Source: Selenomonadaceae bacterium (GTDB lineage: Bacteria > Bacillota > Negativicutes > Selenomonadales > Selenomonadaceae). From it: 64,000 nt of DNA. The stretch is taken from assembly GCA_017549815.1 (NCBI GenBank), contig JAFYNH010000018.1:586-64585 (forward strand), in the 5' to 3' direction. Under the pieces are notes generated by a model, which was given only the letters and a program-made list of their open reading frames with translations, did not search any database and had not been told where the DNA came from. Both the position numbers and the translations under genes were made by a program. Of the stretch, positions 25,732 to 34,352 are shown in pieces. The stretch's first letter is position 1. The number at the start of each line of letters is the position of its first letter.

Positions 25732-27412
25732 CATAATTGCCTTTTCCGTCAAGATTTAATTCAATGTCATGCAAATTAAAGAGTGTAGAGCGATGTCCGA
25801 CGCTGACGACAGTCATTTTGGGCAGTTGACGGCGCAGGAGTTCATACATTTCGATTTCTCGCGGCTCGTCGAGTGCGGAGGTTGCCTCGTCCAAGAAAAT
25901 ATAATCTGGTAAGGATAAAAGTACTCTTGCGAAGGCGAGCCGTTGTTGTTCGCCCAAAGATAGAATTCTGCTCCAATCTTCTGCCGCGTCGAGCTTATCG
26001 ACAAGAGCCGGAAGGTCTGCGAGTTGCAAAGTTTCTTTTAATTTATCGTCTGGAGGCGAATTTTCTTCTGCTAATGGGTAAATTAAGGCGCGGCGCAGAG
26101 TTCCGAGCGGCAAATAAGGTTTTTGAGGCAAAAACATTACTTTAGAATGGTTAGGCAAGGCGATTTCGCCCGATGCGTAAGCCCAAATTCCTGCTAAAGT
26201 CCTAAGTAGGGTTGATTTTCCGCAACCGCTGGCACCGGTAACTAATAAAGCCTTAGAATTCTGCAGTTCGAGCGATAATTTCTTTAAAAGTTCGCGACCG
26301 TTGGGCAATGACACGTTTAGAGCAGAAATTTTTAATTCTGGAGCCTGCGCGGTCGTAACTTTGCTTTTAATTTGCTGTGCTTCGTCAATATGCTCTGTAA
26401 ATCCGGCTAAACGATTAATTACAGCCGCGAGACTCGCTAAAGTGTCGTATGAATCGACGAAATAGCTTAAAGCGTCCTGAACGCGCCCGAATGCCGATGA
26501 TATTTGCATAAGTCCGCCGAGTTGAATTTCTTTAGAGAAATAACGAGGTGCAGCCATGATTAGAGGCACGATTATAGCTAATTGTCCGTAGCCGTTTACG
26601 TAGAAGTTTAAGTGCTTAGTTTTTTTCATGAGTTGCCAGTAATTTTTTATGACGTTAGAGAATTTTAGGTTAAAACCTTCCATTTCAGCCGCTTCGCCGC
26701 GATAAAAGGCTATGCTTTCCGAATTTTCCCTAACTCTCATCATGCTGAAACGGAAATCTGCCTCATATTTTTGTTGGTCGAAGTTCAAACTGATTAATTT
26801 ACGTCCGACCTTATGGGCAAGGAACGTTCCGACGCCCGAATAGACGAATGAGAACCAAAACATATAGCCGTAAATGATTATTTCGGTTCCGGCGAGATTA
26901 AAAGTAAATGAGCCGCTTAATTCCCAAAGAACTACGCCGAATGCTGCCAAAGTAGTCAGTTGTTTTAGGAATCCGATGATTAAACCGAGCGATAAGTTGA
27001 CGAATTGCCCGATGTCTTCGGAAATACGCTGATCTGGGTTATCAGCCGCGTCCTGAAGTCGATAATAGGTTTGATTACCCATCCACGCGCTTAAATAGTT
27101 ATTGGTCATCCAAGTTCGCCATTTTATCTGCAACATTTGCCGCAAATAGACAGCGTAGACAGCAATAACGATGTAAGTGAAGGCAATCGCGCTGAATTCG
27201 CCGATTAACGACCAAAATTTGTCTGCTTCGTAGTTTTGCAAGGCGTTATAAAAGGTATTGTACCATTCATTGAGTTGGACGAGCAGATAAACCATAGCGA
27301 AGTTGAGTGAAATCACGAAAGCGAGCAAACCGCGAGCCTTCCACTTTTCTTCTGATGACCAATAGCCTTTGAACAGTGTCCAAAAGCCTCGAAATAATTT
27401 TTTAGTATCCAA
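25715..27412 (-). CDS. ABC transporter, fused permease/ATPase of the ABCD/YddA (ABC_membrane_2) type
   Basis: WSSEEKWKARGLL...LNEWYNTFYNALQ N-terminus. Walker A GASGCGKST, signature LSLGEQQRL, Walker B IFLDEATSALD. Start reassigned to the TTG at 27412 after GGGAGG. Confidence 0.8.
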   Translation of the reverse strand: MDTKKLFRGFWTLFKGYWSSEEKWKARGLLAFVISLNFAMVYLLVQLNEWYNTFYNALQNYEADKFWSLIGEFSAIAFTYIVIAVYAVYLRQMLQIKWRTWMTNNYLSAWMGNQTYYRLQDAADNPDQRISEDIGQFVNLSLGLIIGFLKQLTTLAAFGVVLWELSGSFTFNLAGTEIIIYGYMFWFSFVYSGVGTFLAHKVGRKLISLNFDQQKYEADFRFSMMRVRENSESIAFYRGEAAEMEGFNLKFSNVIKNYWQLMKKTKHLNFYVNGYGQLAIIVPLIMAAPRYFSKEIQLGGLMQISSAFGRVQDALSYFVDSYDTLASLAAVINRLAGFTEHIDEAQQIKSKVTTAQAPELKISALNVSLPNGRELLKKLSLELQNSKALLVTGASGCGKSTLLRTLAGIWAYASGEIALPNHSKVMFLPQKPYLPLGTLRRALIYPLAEENSPPDDKLKETLQLADLPALVDKLDAAEDWSRILSLGEQQRLAFARVLLSLPDYIFLDEATSALDEPREIEMYELLRRQLPKMTVVSVGHRSTLFNLHDIELNLDGKGNYAIRDL

Positions 27413-27431
27413 ATTTAAAACCTCCCGCGCA

Positions 27432-27460
27432 AGTATAATTGGCACGGGAAGTTTTTTCAA
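27432..27460 (-). promoter_or_regulatory. sigma70-type promoter for the ABC transporter
   Basis: Minus strand: TTGAAA (27460-27455), 17-nt spacer, TATACT (27437-27432). Confidence 0.5.
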
Positions 27461-27488
27461 CCATAAAAAATGAAAACCGCTTGAAAAT

Positions 27489-27722
27489 GTGTCGGTAGAC
27501 AGTACGATAATCAAAGTGCATCAGGCGGCAGGCTCCAAAGAAGAATCAATAGGCAAAAGTCGCGGTTGTCTTACTACAAAAATTCATGCCGTCGTCGACG
27601 TCTTAGGGAATCCGCTGAAAGTAATGTTAAGCGGCGGGCAAGTCCACGATTCTCGACATTTTACCAGTGGAGAATTTAACAAGAATTTGTTCTGCCATAA
27701 AAACTTCTGTTTTTATCTTTAA
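27489..27722 (+). mobile_element. IS5-family transposase fragment (remnant, ~55 homologous codons)
   Basis: DSTIIKVHQAAGSKEESIGKSRGCLTTKIHAVVDVLGNPLKVMLSGGQVHDS matches the conserved core of IS5/IS1182-type DDE transposases. Both the upstream and downstream parts are missing, and I saw no terminal inverted repeats. Confidence 0.65.
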
Positions 27723-27865
27723 TTCTTGATTCGGATTATATCACACAGCACATAAATGTACGAAGTGTGCAGATACAGAATAATGAACTGTTTTCCATGC
27801 TTGCTTAAAGGATTCCACTAAATTTGGCGTCAATCAATAAACTCAAAAACAAAAACGGATATAAA

Positions 27866-27903
27866 ACGAAAAGCCGCCAAATTTACAGCGGCTCTTTGTT
27901 TCC
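27866..27903. terminator. Bidirectional hairpin terminator
   Basis: AGCCGC-caaatttac-GCGGCT flanked by an A-rich tract on one side and a T-rich tract on the other. Confidence 0.5.
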
Positions 27904-27947
27904 TTATCTTGTCGATTCAATCCGAACAGAAAAAAATAAGTTTACTT

Positions 27948-28798
27948 TCACCATGATGGAAGATATTTTTCTAAAATCTTCAGTAAACCATTGACTTCTG
28001 TCAGCTTGTCAGTAATCCGCTCGCATCGAAACGCCTTCTCGGAAACAATAAGCGTCTGCGGAAATTCTTTCCAGTCTATCGCATTGATGCCTTTAATTTC
28101 GTTGTTGAATAGCTTCAGTTCTTTACCGCTTATAAATTTTTGGAACAAATTCTGTAGCGTCTTGGCTATATCCTGATTCAGCACGTTTCCATACATCTGC
28201 GCCGCCTTGTTGTTGCTCAAAAATGCAGCCAACACATCAACGGTTCATGAACCGAGATTTTCGATAAGCGGTTTTACATCCCAGTAAAGAATATGAACTT
28301 TGTTGCCACTCTCAACCAGTTTTTTCGCATATTGATAAGTACTCAATATGTAGGCTTGCTCAATAACTGTCTTTTTTGCTTCCAAAGCCGAAGTTCGTCT
28401 TGTTTGCTCCTCGATATAGGCATTCATGGCTTTTGCTTCGTCAGGATAGTTGGTTTCAATGTATTTTAGAAAATTATCCGTCTCTCCGGTTACGGCATTT
28501 TCATATTTTTTATTTCCGACAAAGGATTTGTAAACGTGTATTTCGTTGCTTGCAATGTCAACCGGAAATTCAACGCCGGAAGCAATTCCTTTTTGATAAG
28601 CGGCGTAAACGTCTAATGGAATCAATTTTCCATCGCAGGTCGGAGCGGATAAATCTGACATGAGTTTTCGGGCAACGGCTCCGGTGCTTTCCAACGAAGT
28701 TCGCCGACAGGAGGCTTTGCATAGGGAATTCCGCAGAAAAATATAGATTTCTTCAGTTTCTCACCGACAAAGCAACCTGTTGTAAATATTTTCTTCAT
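27948..28798 (-). pseudogene. Degraded type-B carboxylesterase with an internal deletion, a frameshift and an in-frame stop
   Basis: From the ATG at 28798 (after AGGAGGAAACA) the frame gives MKKIFTTGCFVGEKLKKSIFFCGIPYAKPPVGELRWKAP, the canonical esterase N-terminus, and then terminates. A second frame (28694..28245) continues with a late-domain segment (PTCDGKLIPLDVYAAYQKG...). A third piece (28235..27948) follows a stop. The GxSxG catalytic region is absent. Confidence 0.65.
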
Positions 28799-29001
28799 TG
28801 TTTCCTCCTGTTCCGTAGCGGGTTTTTATTATTATCTTATACAGCGTTTCACAAAGCAAGGGGGTTCCAAAATGTCACCCCTGCTTGATTTGGAATAAAA
28901 GATTTGCCTGCAGAATCATCCCGAACTTTTCTAAACTCGTTGCCGCTGTTATAATCAACACGAACACATTTAACTTTATTTAATGTCTGTGAGGGTTTAT
29001 T

Positions 29002-31731
29002 ATGAACGACGTAAAAAAATTTATCGCGCAATGGTCGGGTCGCGGCTACGAGAAAGGCGAAACTCATTCTTTCTGGTTAAGCTTTCTGCGGGACGTTTTG
29101 GGCGTCTCTGAGCCAGAAAAGTTCATTCGCTTTGAAGTGCCAGTAAAACTTAAGCATACCAGTTTCATCGACGCCTTTTTACCTGACACCAAAGTTATCA
29201 TCGAACAAAAATCTATTTCGGAGGACATTACGCAGGGAAAATCACAATCCGACGGCTCGACTCTCACTCCTTACGAACAGGCGCAACGCTACGGCAGTTC
29301 TTTGCCATATTCAATGCGCCCGCGCTGGATTGTCGTTTGTAACTTCGCCGAATTCCTAATCTATGACATGGAAACGTTGGAGCCGCCGATAAAAATTCTT
29401 TTGGAAGAGTTGCCGAGTAAATATCATCTGCTGGACTTCCTTATCGACGAAAACAAAAATAAACTCCGCGTCGAACTAGAATTGAGCTTGAAAGCGGGCG
29501 AAATCGTCGGCAAACTCTACGACGCCCTTCACAGCCAATATATCAACCCAAATAACGAAAATTCCCTTGCAAGCCTTAACAAACTCTGTGTGAGACTTGT
29601 TTTTTGTCTCTATGCCGAATCAGCCGGCATTTTCGGTAAGCATAAAATCTTCCGCGACTGGTTGCAAGGCTCCAGAAATATTCGGCAAGATTTAATTCTG
29701 CTTTTCGACACCCTAAACACCCCGATTGATAAGCGCGACCCCTATTTGGACGACACATTGAAAAAATTCCCCTATGTGAACGGCGGACTGTTCGCGGGAG
29801 CTATCGAAATCCCTAACTTCACGCCCGAAATTAAAACTCTCCTGCTCGAAGAGGCTAGCAGCGGTTTCAACTGGGCTGGTATCTCTCCGACTATCTTCGG
29901 CGCAGTTTTTGAATCAACTATCAACCCCGCTACCCGTCGTGCAGGCGGTATGCACTACACCAGCGTTGAAAATATTCATAAAGTCATCGACCCGCTCTTT
30001 TTGGACGACTTAAAAGCTCAACTTACGAAATTCAGTATAGCGGATTTTGTAAATCGCGGCTCCAAACGCAAGAATTTTTTGCTCCAACTACAAAATAAGC
30101 TCGCTGAAATCAAAATTTTCGACCCCGCGTGCGGTTCAGGCAATTTTTTGACCGAATCTTATATCTCGCTACGCAGAATCGAAAATCAAATACTTAAATC
30201 ACTCTTCGGCTCCCAAATTCAGCTCGGCGAACTCTCTAACCCCATTAAAGTTTCTATCTCCCAGTTCTACGGCATCGAAATTAACGATTTCGCCGTCGCC
30301 GTCGCTCAAACCGCTCTCTGGATCGCCGAACTACAAATGATTCAAGAAACTCAAGCCATTATTCATCACGATTTGGATTTTCTGCCCCTAAAATCCTATT
30401 CAAACATCGTCGAAGGTAATTCTCTCCATCTCGATTGGCAAAATATCTGCCCGCAACCTAATTTCATCATCGGTAACCCGCCCTTCGTCGGTTTCACTTA
30501 TCAATCTGCCGCTCAAAAAGCCGATATGCAAAATATTTTCCCTAAAGTTAAGAATCTCGACTACGTGGCGGGCTGGTTTAAGAAAGCCGCCGATTTTATG
30601 CGCAATTCAACCTGCCGAGCCGCCTTCGTCGCCACTAATTCCATTACGCAGGGCGAAACCGTCACCAGACTTTGGAAAAATCTCTTCGCGGCGGGCAATC
30701 ATATCGACTTCGCTCACAGAACTTTTATTTGGAACTCCGAATCAACTCAAAAGGCGCATGTGCATTGCGTTATCGTCGGTTTCAGCTCCGCTCATAATAT
30801 TAAGCCCAAAATTATCTTCGACGGCGATAAAAAAATCAGCGCGGCTAATATCAACGCCTATTTACTCGACGCGCCCGATATTTTTGTCGATAGCCGACCT
30901 AATCATATTCAAGACTTCGTTACGCAGATGAATAAAGGCAGTACACCCATTGACGGCGGCAATTTTTTATTTAAGCCAGAAGAACTTACCGAATTTCTAA
31001 AGCGTGAACCTGCGGCAGAAAAATATATCCGTCAAATACTCGGCGCGGACGAATTTATCAATGGCAAGCTCCGATATTGTCTGTGGCTGGTCGATTGTTC
31101 GCCTAAAGAATTAAAATCTATGCCATTGGTTTATGAGCGCGTTAAAAATGTTCGTGACGTTCGTTTAGCGAGTAAAAGAGCCGCTACAAGAAAACTTGCC
31201 GATAATCCGACGCGATTCGCCGAAATTCGTCAACCAACGACAAATTATCTTTTAGTTCCGTGTGTAAGTTCTGAACGCCGCCGATATGTGCCGATTGGCT
31301 TTATGACGCCTGATATAATCGTCAGCGATTTAGTTTTAGTCATTCCGAAGGCAACGAAGTATGAATTTGGAGTATTAACGAGTTCGCTACATATGACATG
31401 GCTGCGAACGGTCGGCGGACGGCTTAAATCGGACTATCGCTACTCTAAAGATGTGGTTTACAACAATTTTATCTGGGTAGAGCCGACTGATAATCAGAAA
31501 AATGCAATTGAGGCGAGTGCGCAGTTGATTTTAGACATTCGGGCGAAATTTCCCGATTCTAGCCTTGCTGAGCTGTATGACGAAATAACAATGCCGTATG
31601 AACTACGCGAGGCGCATAAAAAAAACGATTTGGCAGTCGCAAAAGCATATGGCTTGGAAAATATTTTGGACGACGAGCCGAAAATCGCCGTTGAACTGCT
31701 AAAACGTTACGAGGCGTTGACAAAAAGTTGA
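29002..31731 (+). CDS. MmeI-family Type IIL/IIG restriction-modification enzyme (single-chain nuclease + N6-adenine methyltransferase + TRD)
   Basis: 909 aa. The N-terminus reads KKFIAQWSGRGYEKGETHSFWLSFLRDVLGV, with FIDAFLPDTKVIIEQKS (D...ExK nuclease motif). MTase motif I is FDPACGSGNFL and motif IV is IIGNPPFVG. Size and domain order match MmeI. Confidence 0.8.
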   Translation: MNDVKKFIAQWSGRGYEKGETHSFWLSFLRDVLGVSEPEKFIRFEVPVKLKHTSFIDAFLPDTKVIIEQKSISEDITQGKSQSDGSTLTPYEQAQRYGSSLPYSMRPRWIVVCNFAEFLIYDMETLEPPIKILLEELPSKYHLLDFLIDENKNKLRVELELSLKAGEIVGKLYDALHSQYINPNNENSLASLNKLCVRLVFCLYAESAGIFGKHKIFRDWLQGSRNIRQDLILLFDTLNTPIDKRDPYLDDTLKKFPYVNGGLFAGAIEIPNFTPEIKTLLLEEASSGFNWAGISPTIFGAVFESTINPATRRAGGMHYTSVENIHKVIDPLFLDDLKAQLTKFSIADFVNRGSKRKNFLLQLQNKLAEIKIFDPACGSGNFLTESYISLRRIENQILKSLFGSQIQLGELSNPIKVSISQFYGIEINDFAVAVAQTALWIAELQMIQETQAIIHHDLDFLPLKSYSNIVEGNSLHLDWQNICPQPNFIIGNPPFVGFTYQSAAQKADMQNIFPKVKNLDYVAGWFKKAADFMRNSTCRAAFVATNSITQGETVTRLWKNLFAAGNHIDFAHRTFIWNSESTQKAHVHCVIVGFSSAHNIKPKIIFDGDKKISAANINAYLLDAPDIFVDSRPNHIQDFVTQMNKGSTPIDGGNFLFKPEELTEFLKREPAAEKYIRQILGADEFINGKLRYCLWLVDCSPKELKSMPLVYERVKNVRDVRLASKRAATRKLADNPTRFAEIRQPTTNYLLVPCVSSERRRYVPIGFMTPDIIVSDLVLVIPKATKYEFGVLTSSLHMTWLRTVGGRLKSDYRYSKDVVYNNFIWVEPTDNQKNAIEASAQLILDIRAKFPDSSLAELYDEITMPYELREAHKKNDLAVAKAYGLENILDDEPKIAVELLKRYEALTKS

Positions 31732-31818
31732 TTGTGTGGTAGATTTAGCGCGTTGATTTAAGGCAACAACTGCATTGGGTGAGAATCGCAGTTCTAGCAT
31801 ATTATCACAAACGAATAA

Positions 31819-31859
31819 CCCCCGCACAGAGTAGCGAACTGCGCGGGGGCTTCGTTTTT
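31819..31859. terminator. Bidirectional GC-rich terminator
   Basis: CCCCCGC...GCGGGGG stem followed by CTTCGTTTTT on the plus strand and by TTATTCGTTT on the minus strand. Confidence 0.65.
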
Positions 31860-31916
31860 GCCTAATCGGTTAGCGAATCCGATTGTCATGGGCACCTAGA
31901 GTCAGAGATCTGCCGA

Positions 31917-32009
31917 TTAGCGACGTTTGTTGATGATGTAATCGAGGATAAGCCCGCCGACCACGATCGCAACGACGTCTATGCCGATCTGGGTGAGAAT
32001 CTCTAACAT
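31917..32009 (-). CDS. 30-aa hydrophobic peptide (MLEILTQIGIDVVAIVVGGLILDYIINKRR). Candidate type I toxin or small membrane protein, below the ORF-track size cutoff.
   Basis: My own translation. The ATG at 32009 lies 5 nt after GGAGGGAGGTG. There is one TM-length hydrophobic core with an NKRR tail, a dedicated near-consensus promoter and downstream hairpins. Confidence 0.45.
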   Translation of the reverse strand: MLEILTQIGIDVVAIVVGGLILDYIINKRR

Positions 32010-32068
32010 GTTATCACCTCCCTCCTCAAGCGTAAGCTTACCGCCGTCAAGGGAGCGGCATTGAAGAA

Positions 32069-32096
32069 ATTATATCAGAAAAAATTCATGCGTCAA
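32069..32096 (-). promoter_or_regulatory. Near-consensus extended -10 promoter driving the 30-aa ORF
   Basis: Minus strand: TTGACG (32096-32091), 16-nt spacer ending in TGa, TATAAT (32074-32069). The ~60-nt leader contains CTCCC, which could pair with the GGAGGGAGG RBS. Confidence 0.5.
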
Positions 32097-32103
32097 CGTT
32101 AAT

Positions 32104-32146
32104 AAAAAAGCGACTCACTCAATCGAGCGGGTCGCAAATTTTTTTT
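32104..32146. terminator. Bidirectional terminator after the aminotransferase gene
   Basis: GCGAC...GTCGC stem flanked by A6 and T8. Confidence 0.6.
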
Positions 32147-33323
32147 ATAGTTCGATAGTCGCTTTAATCTGCGCGGCAACTTGTTTCATAGTGTCGGCAG
32201 TTTGAACGAGAGCCATTCTTACGAAACCTTCACCGCTTTTGCCGAACGCCGAGCCGGGCGTCACCATGACATTGGCTTTTTCAAGCAAAGTCTTAACGAA
32301 TTCCTCTGACGTGGCAAAGTTTTTCGGGACTGGAGCCCAAACAAACATTGTCGCCTTTGGTCTATCCATATGCCAGCCCGCCGCGTTCAATCCGTCAATC
32401 AGCGCGTCTATGCGTTCGATATAAGCCTTGCGCGTGTTGTCAATAACTTCTTGAGGACTTCGCAAAGCCGCAATCGCCGCCTTTTGAATTGGCAAGAACA
32501 AGCCGTAATCAATATTGCTTTTTAAAAGTTTGACGTGCTTGACAACATCTTTATTGCCTAAGCAAAAGCCTACACGCGCTCCCGCAATACCATAAGTTTT
32601 CGACAGGGAATTGAATTCGATGCCGACATCTTTCGCGCCCTTAAAGCTTAAGAAACTCAAGCCTTGCGAGCCATCAAAAATCAATTCGCTATAGGCGTTA
32701 TCGTGCAGGACGATGATATTATTTTTCTTAGCGAAGTGAACAAGGCGTTCGTAAAAGTCGGCGGGCGCGGTTGCAGTTGTCGGATTGTTAGGATAAGAGA
32801 CGACCATAAATTTTGCACGCTCGGCAACGTCGCGAGGAATTTTGTCAAGCTGAATAATATAATCGTGCTCCTTAAGTTGCGGCATGAAGAAAATCTCCGA
32901 GCCAGCAAGCTTTGCGCCGTCCGCAAAAACTGGATAACACGGGTCGGGCACCAAAGTTAAATCGCCGTCGTCAATTATCGTTAGGGCAATGTGCGACAAT
33001 CCTTCCTGCGAACCCCATAACGAACAAACTTCCGACGCAGGATCAATTTCAACCCCGTAGCGGCGACGATACCAATCTGCGGCTTCGTTCAAAAGTTCGC
33101 GGGTATCGGTTATGGCGTAAACGTAATTTTCGGGCTTAAGAGCCTCTTCTGATAAAACTTTCATGACATGCGCAGGCGGCGGAATATTCGGCGCACCGAT
33201 TGATAAGTCAATGACTTCTGTGCCCGATAAAATTTTTTGCTGTTTCATAGCGGCAAGTCTCGCAAAAATGCCTTCGCCGAAATTCCCCATGCGCTTTGCA
33301 AATTTCAAATTATCAGCCTCCAA
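32145..33323 (-). CDS. Class I/II PLP-dependent aminotransferase
   Basis: Motifs SYPNNPTTA, LHDNAYSEL and FNSLSKTYGIAGARVGF (PLP lysine). 392 aa. Confidence 0.85.
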   Translation of the reverse strand: MEADNLKFAKRMGNFGEGIFARLAAMKQQKILSGTEVIDLSIGAPNIPPPAHVMKVLSEEALKPENYVYAITDTRELLNEAADWYRRRYGVEIDPASEVCSLWGSQEGLSHIALTIIDDGDLTLVPDPCYPVFADGAKLAGSEIFFMPQLKEHDYIIQLDKIPRDVAERAKFMVVSYPNNPTTATAPADFYERLVHFAKKNNIIVLHDNAYSELIFDGSQGLSFLSFKGAKDVGIEFNSLSKTYGIAGARVGFCLGNKDVVKHVKLLKSNIDYGLFLPIQKAAIAALRSPQEVIDNTRKAYIERIDALIDGLNAAGWHMDRPKATMFVWAPVPKNFATSEEFVKTLLEKANVMVTPGSAFGKSGEGFVRMALVQTADTMKQVAAQIKATIEL

Positions 33324-33329
33324 AATTGT

Positions 33330-34334
33330 CTACATAGAAAAAATTCCGTTGTCGAGTGCGGAGATTATTTTAACGTCTGTGTCCCAAAGGTAATCCAGAG
33401 CTTCAAGCGTCGTCATCTCACGTGTCGTAATAAAATGCGTAGCTTTCCTCAATGCGGCGGGCGAAAAATTTTTGTCGTGTTTGAATGTGAGAATATTTTT
33501 GCTGTTGCCAATCGCTTCAGTCACAGCTTGCGAATTTTCTTCCGTCGAATCTTTAGGGAGCCAAATCACGAGTGTAGCATTTTTCAATTTTGCTTTTTGA
33601 AAATCTTGTACGACTTTAAGCCACAGCGGATTCTGCGCCTCAAAGTCGGGAATAAAATGATAAATATTTCCCGCGCAGTTCATAATTTGTTTACTGAAAT
33701 CATCTTCGGGAAATTCTTCAAGTTCGGGCAAATAATGCATCTCCAAAAATTTTTCAACGTCATTCATGAGCGGGAAATTATCGGCGATTTTTTCCAAATC
33801 CCAATTCCACCACTTGACGGCGAGCAATTTCCTAATCGTCTCTTCGTCAAAGCGATACCTAACGACCTGCGCAGGATTTCCGACCGCGATTGCATAAGGC
33901 GGAACATCTTTAGTGACAACGGCATTTGCTCCGATAACCGCACCAGTGCCAATTTTTACACCACCCATAATAGTTGCGCTTTTGGCAATCCAAACATCAT
34001 GTCCGAAAATAATTTGATAGTGTTGTTTACGAACGTTTGGAATTGGTTTGAGTTCAGGGCGAACTTTCCCGAAAATATCTTTGACAACAAAGCCAACATC
34101 GAGTGGAGAAGTTGTGACGCTTTTCATTGAATGGTTGCCGCCCATAGAAAAATAAATTCCATTTGCAAGAGAACAAAAACGTCCGCCAAGAACATTCATT
34201 TTTCCAAATTGAAGAGGAAGGTCAAAAGTACTTGTGCAAGAACCCCTACCAAGCGTGAAAATATTTTCTTCATTGCCATAAATATTATGGAAAAGTTTCT
34301 CGTCGTTCGGCGAGCGTTTCATTGAAAAAGCCAT
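33330..34334 (-). CDS. Hexapeptide-repeat (XAT/CatB-like) O-acetyltransferase with an ~160-aa C-terminal extension of unknown function
   Basis: IGTGAVIGANAVVTKDVPPYAIAVGNPAQVVRYRFDEETIRKLLAVKWWNWDLEKI is the XAT-class signature. The remainder has no motif I recognise. Confidence 0.7.
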   Translation of the reverse strand: MAFSMKRSPNDEKLFHNIYGNEENIFTLGRGSCTSTFDLPLQFGKMNVLGGRFCSLANGIYFSMGGNHSMKSVTTSPLDVGFVVKDIFGKVRPELKPIPNVRKQHYQIIFGHDVWIAKSATIMGGVKIGTGAVIGANAVVTKDVPPYAIAVGNPAQVVRYRFDEETIRKLLAVKWWNWDLEKIADNFPLMNDVEKFLEMHYLPELEEFPEDDFSKQIMNCAGNIYHFIPDFEAQNPLWLKVVQDFQKAKLKNATLVIWLPKDSTEENSQAVTEAIGNSKNILTFKHDKNFSPAALRKATHFITTREMTTLEALDYLWDTDVKIISALDNGIFSM

Positions 34335-34352
34335 AAATTTATTCCTCCAAAA

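Noticed and set aside
33237-34130. 297-aa plus-strand ORF in the track
   Set aside because: It is entirely antisense to the well-supported hexapeptide acetyltransferase. It has no RBS and a low-complexity F/I/N/R-rich translation, so it is a shadow ORF.
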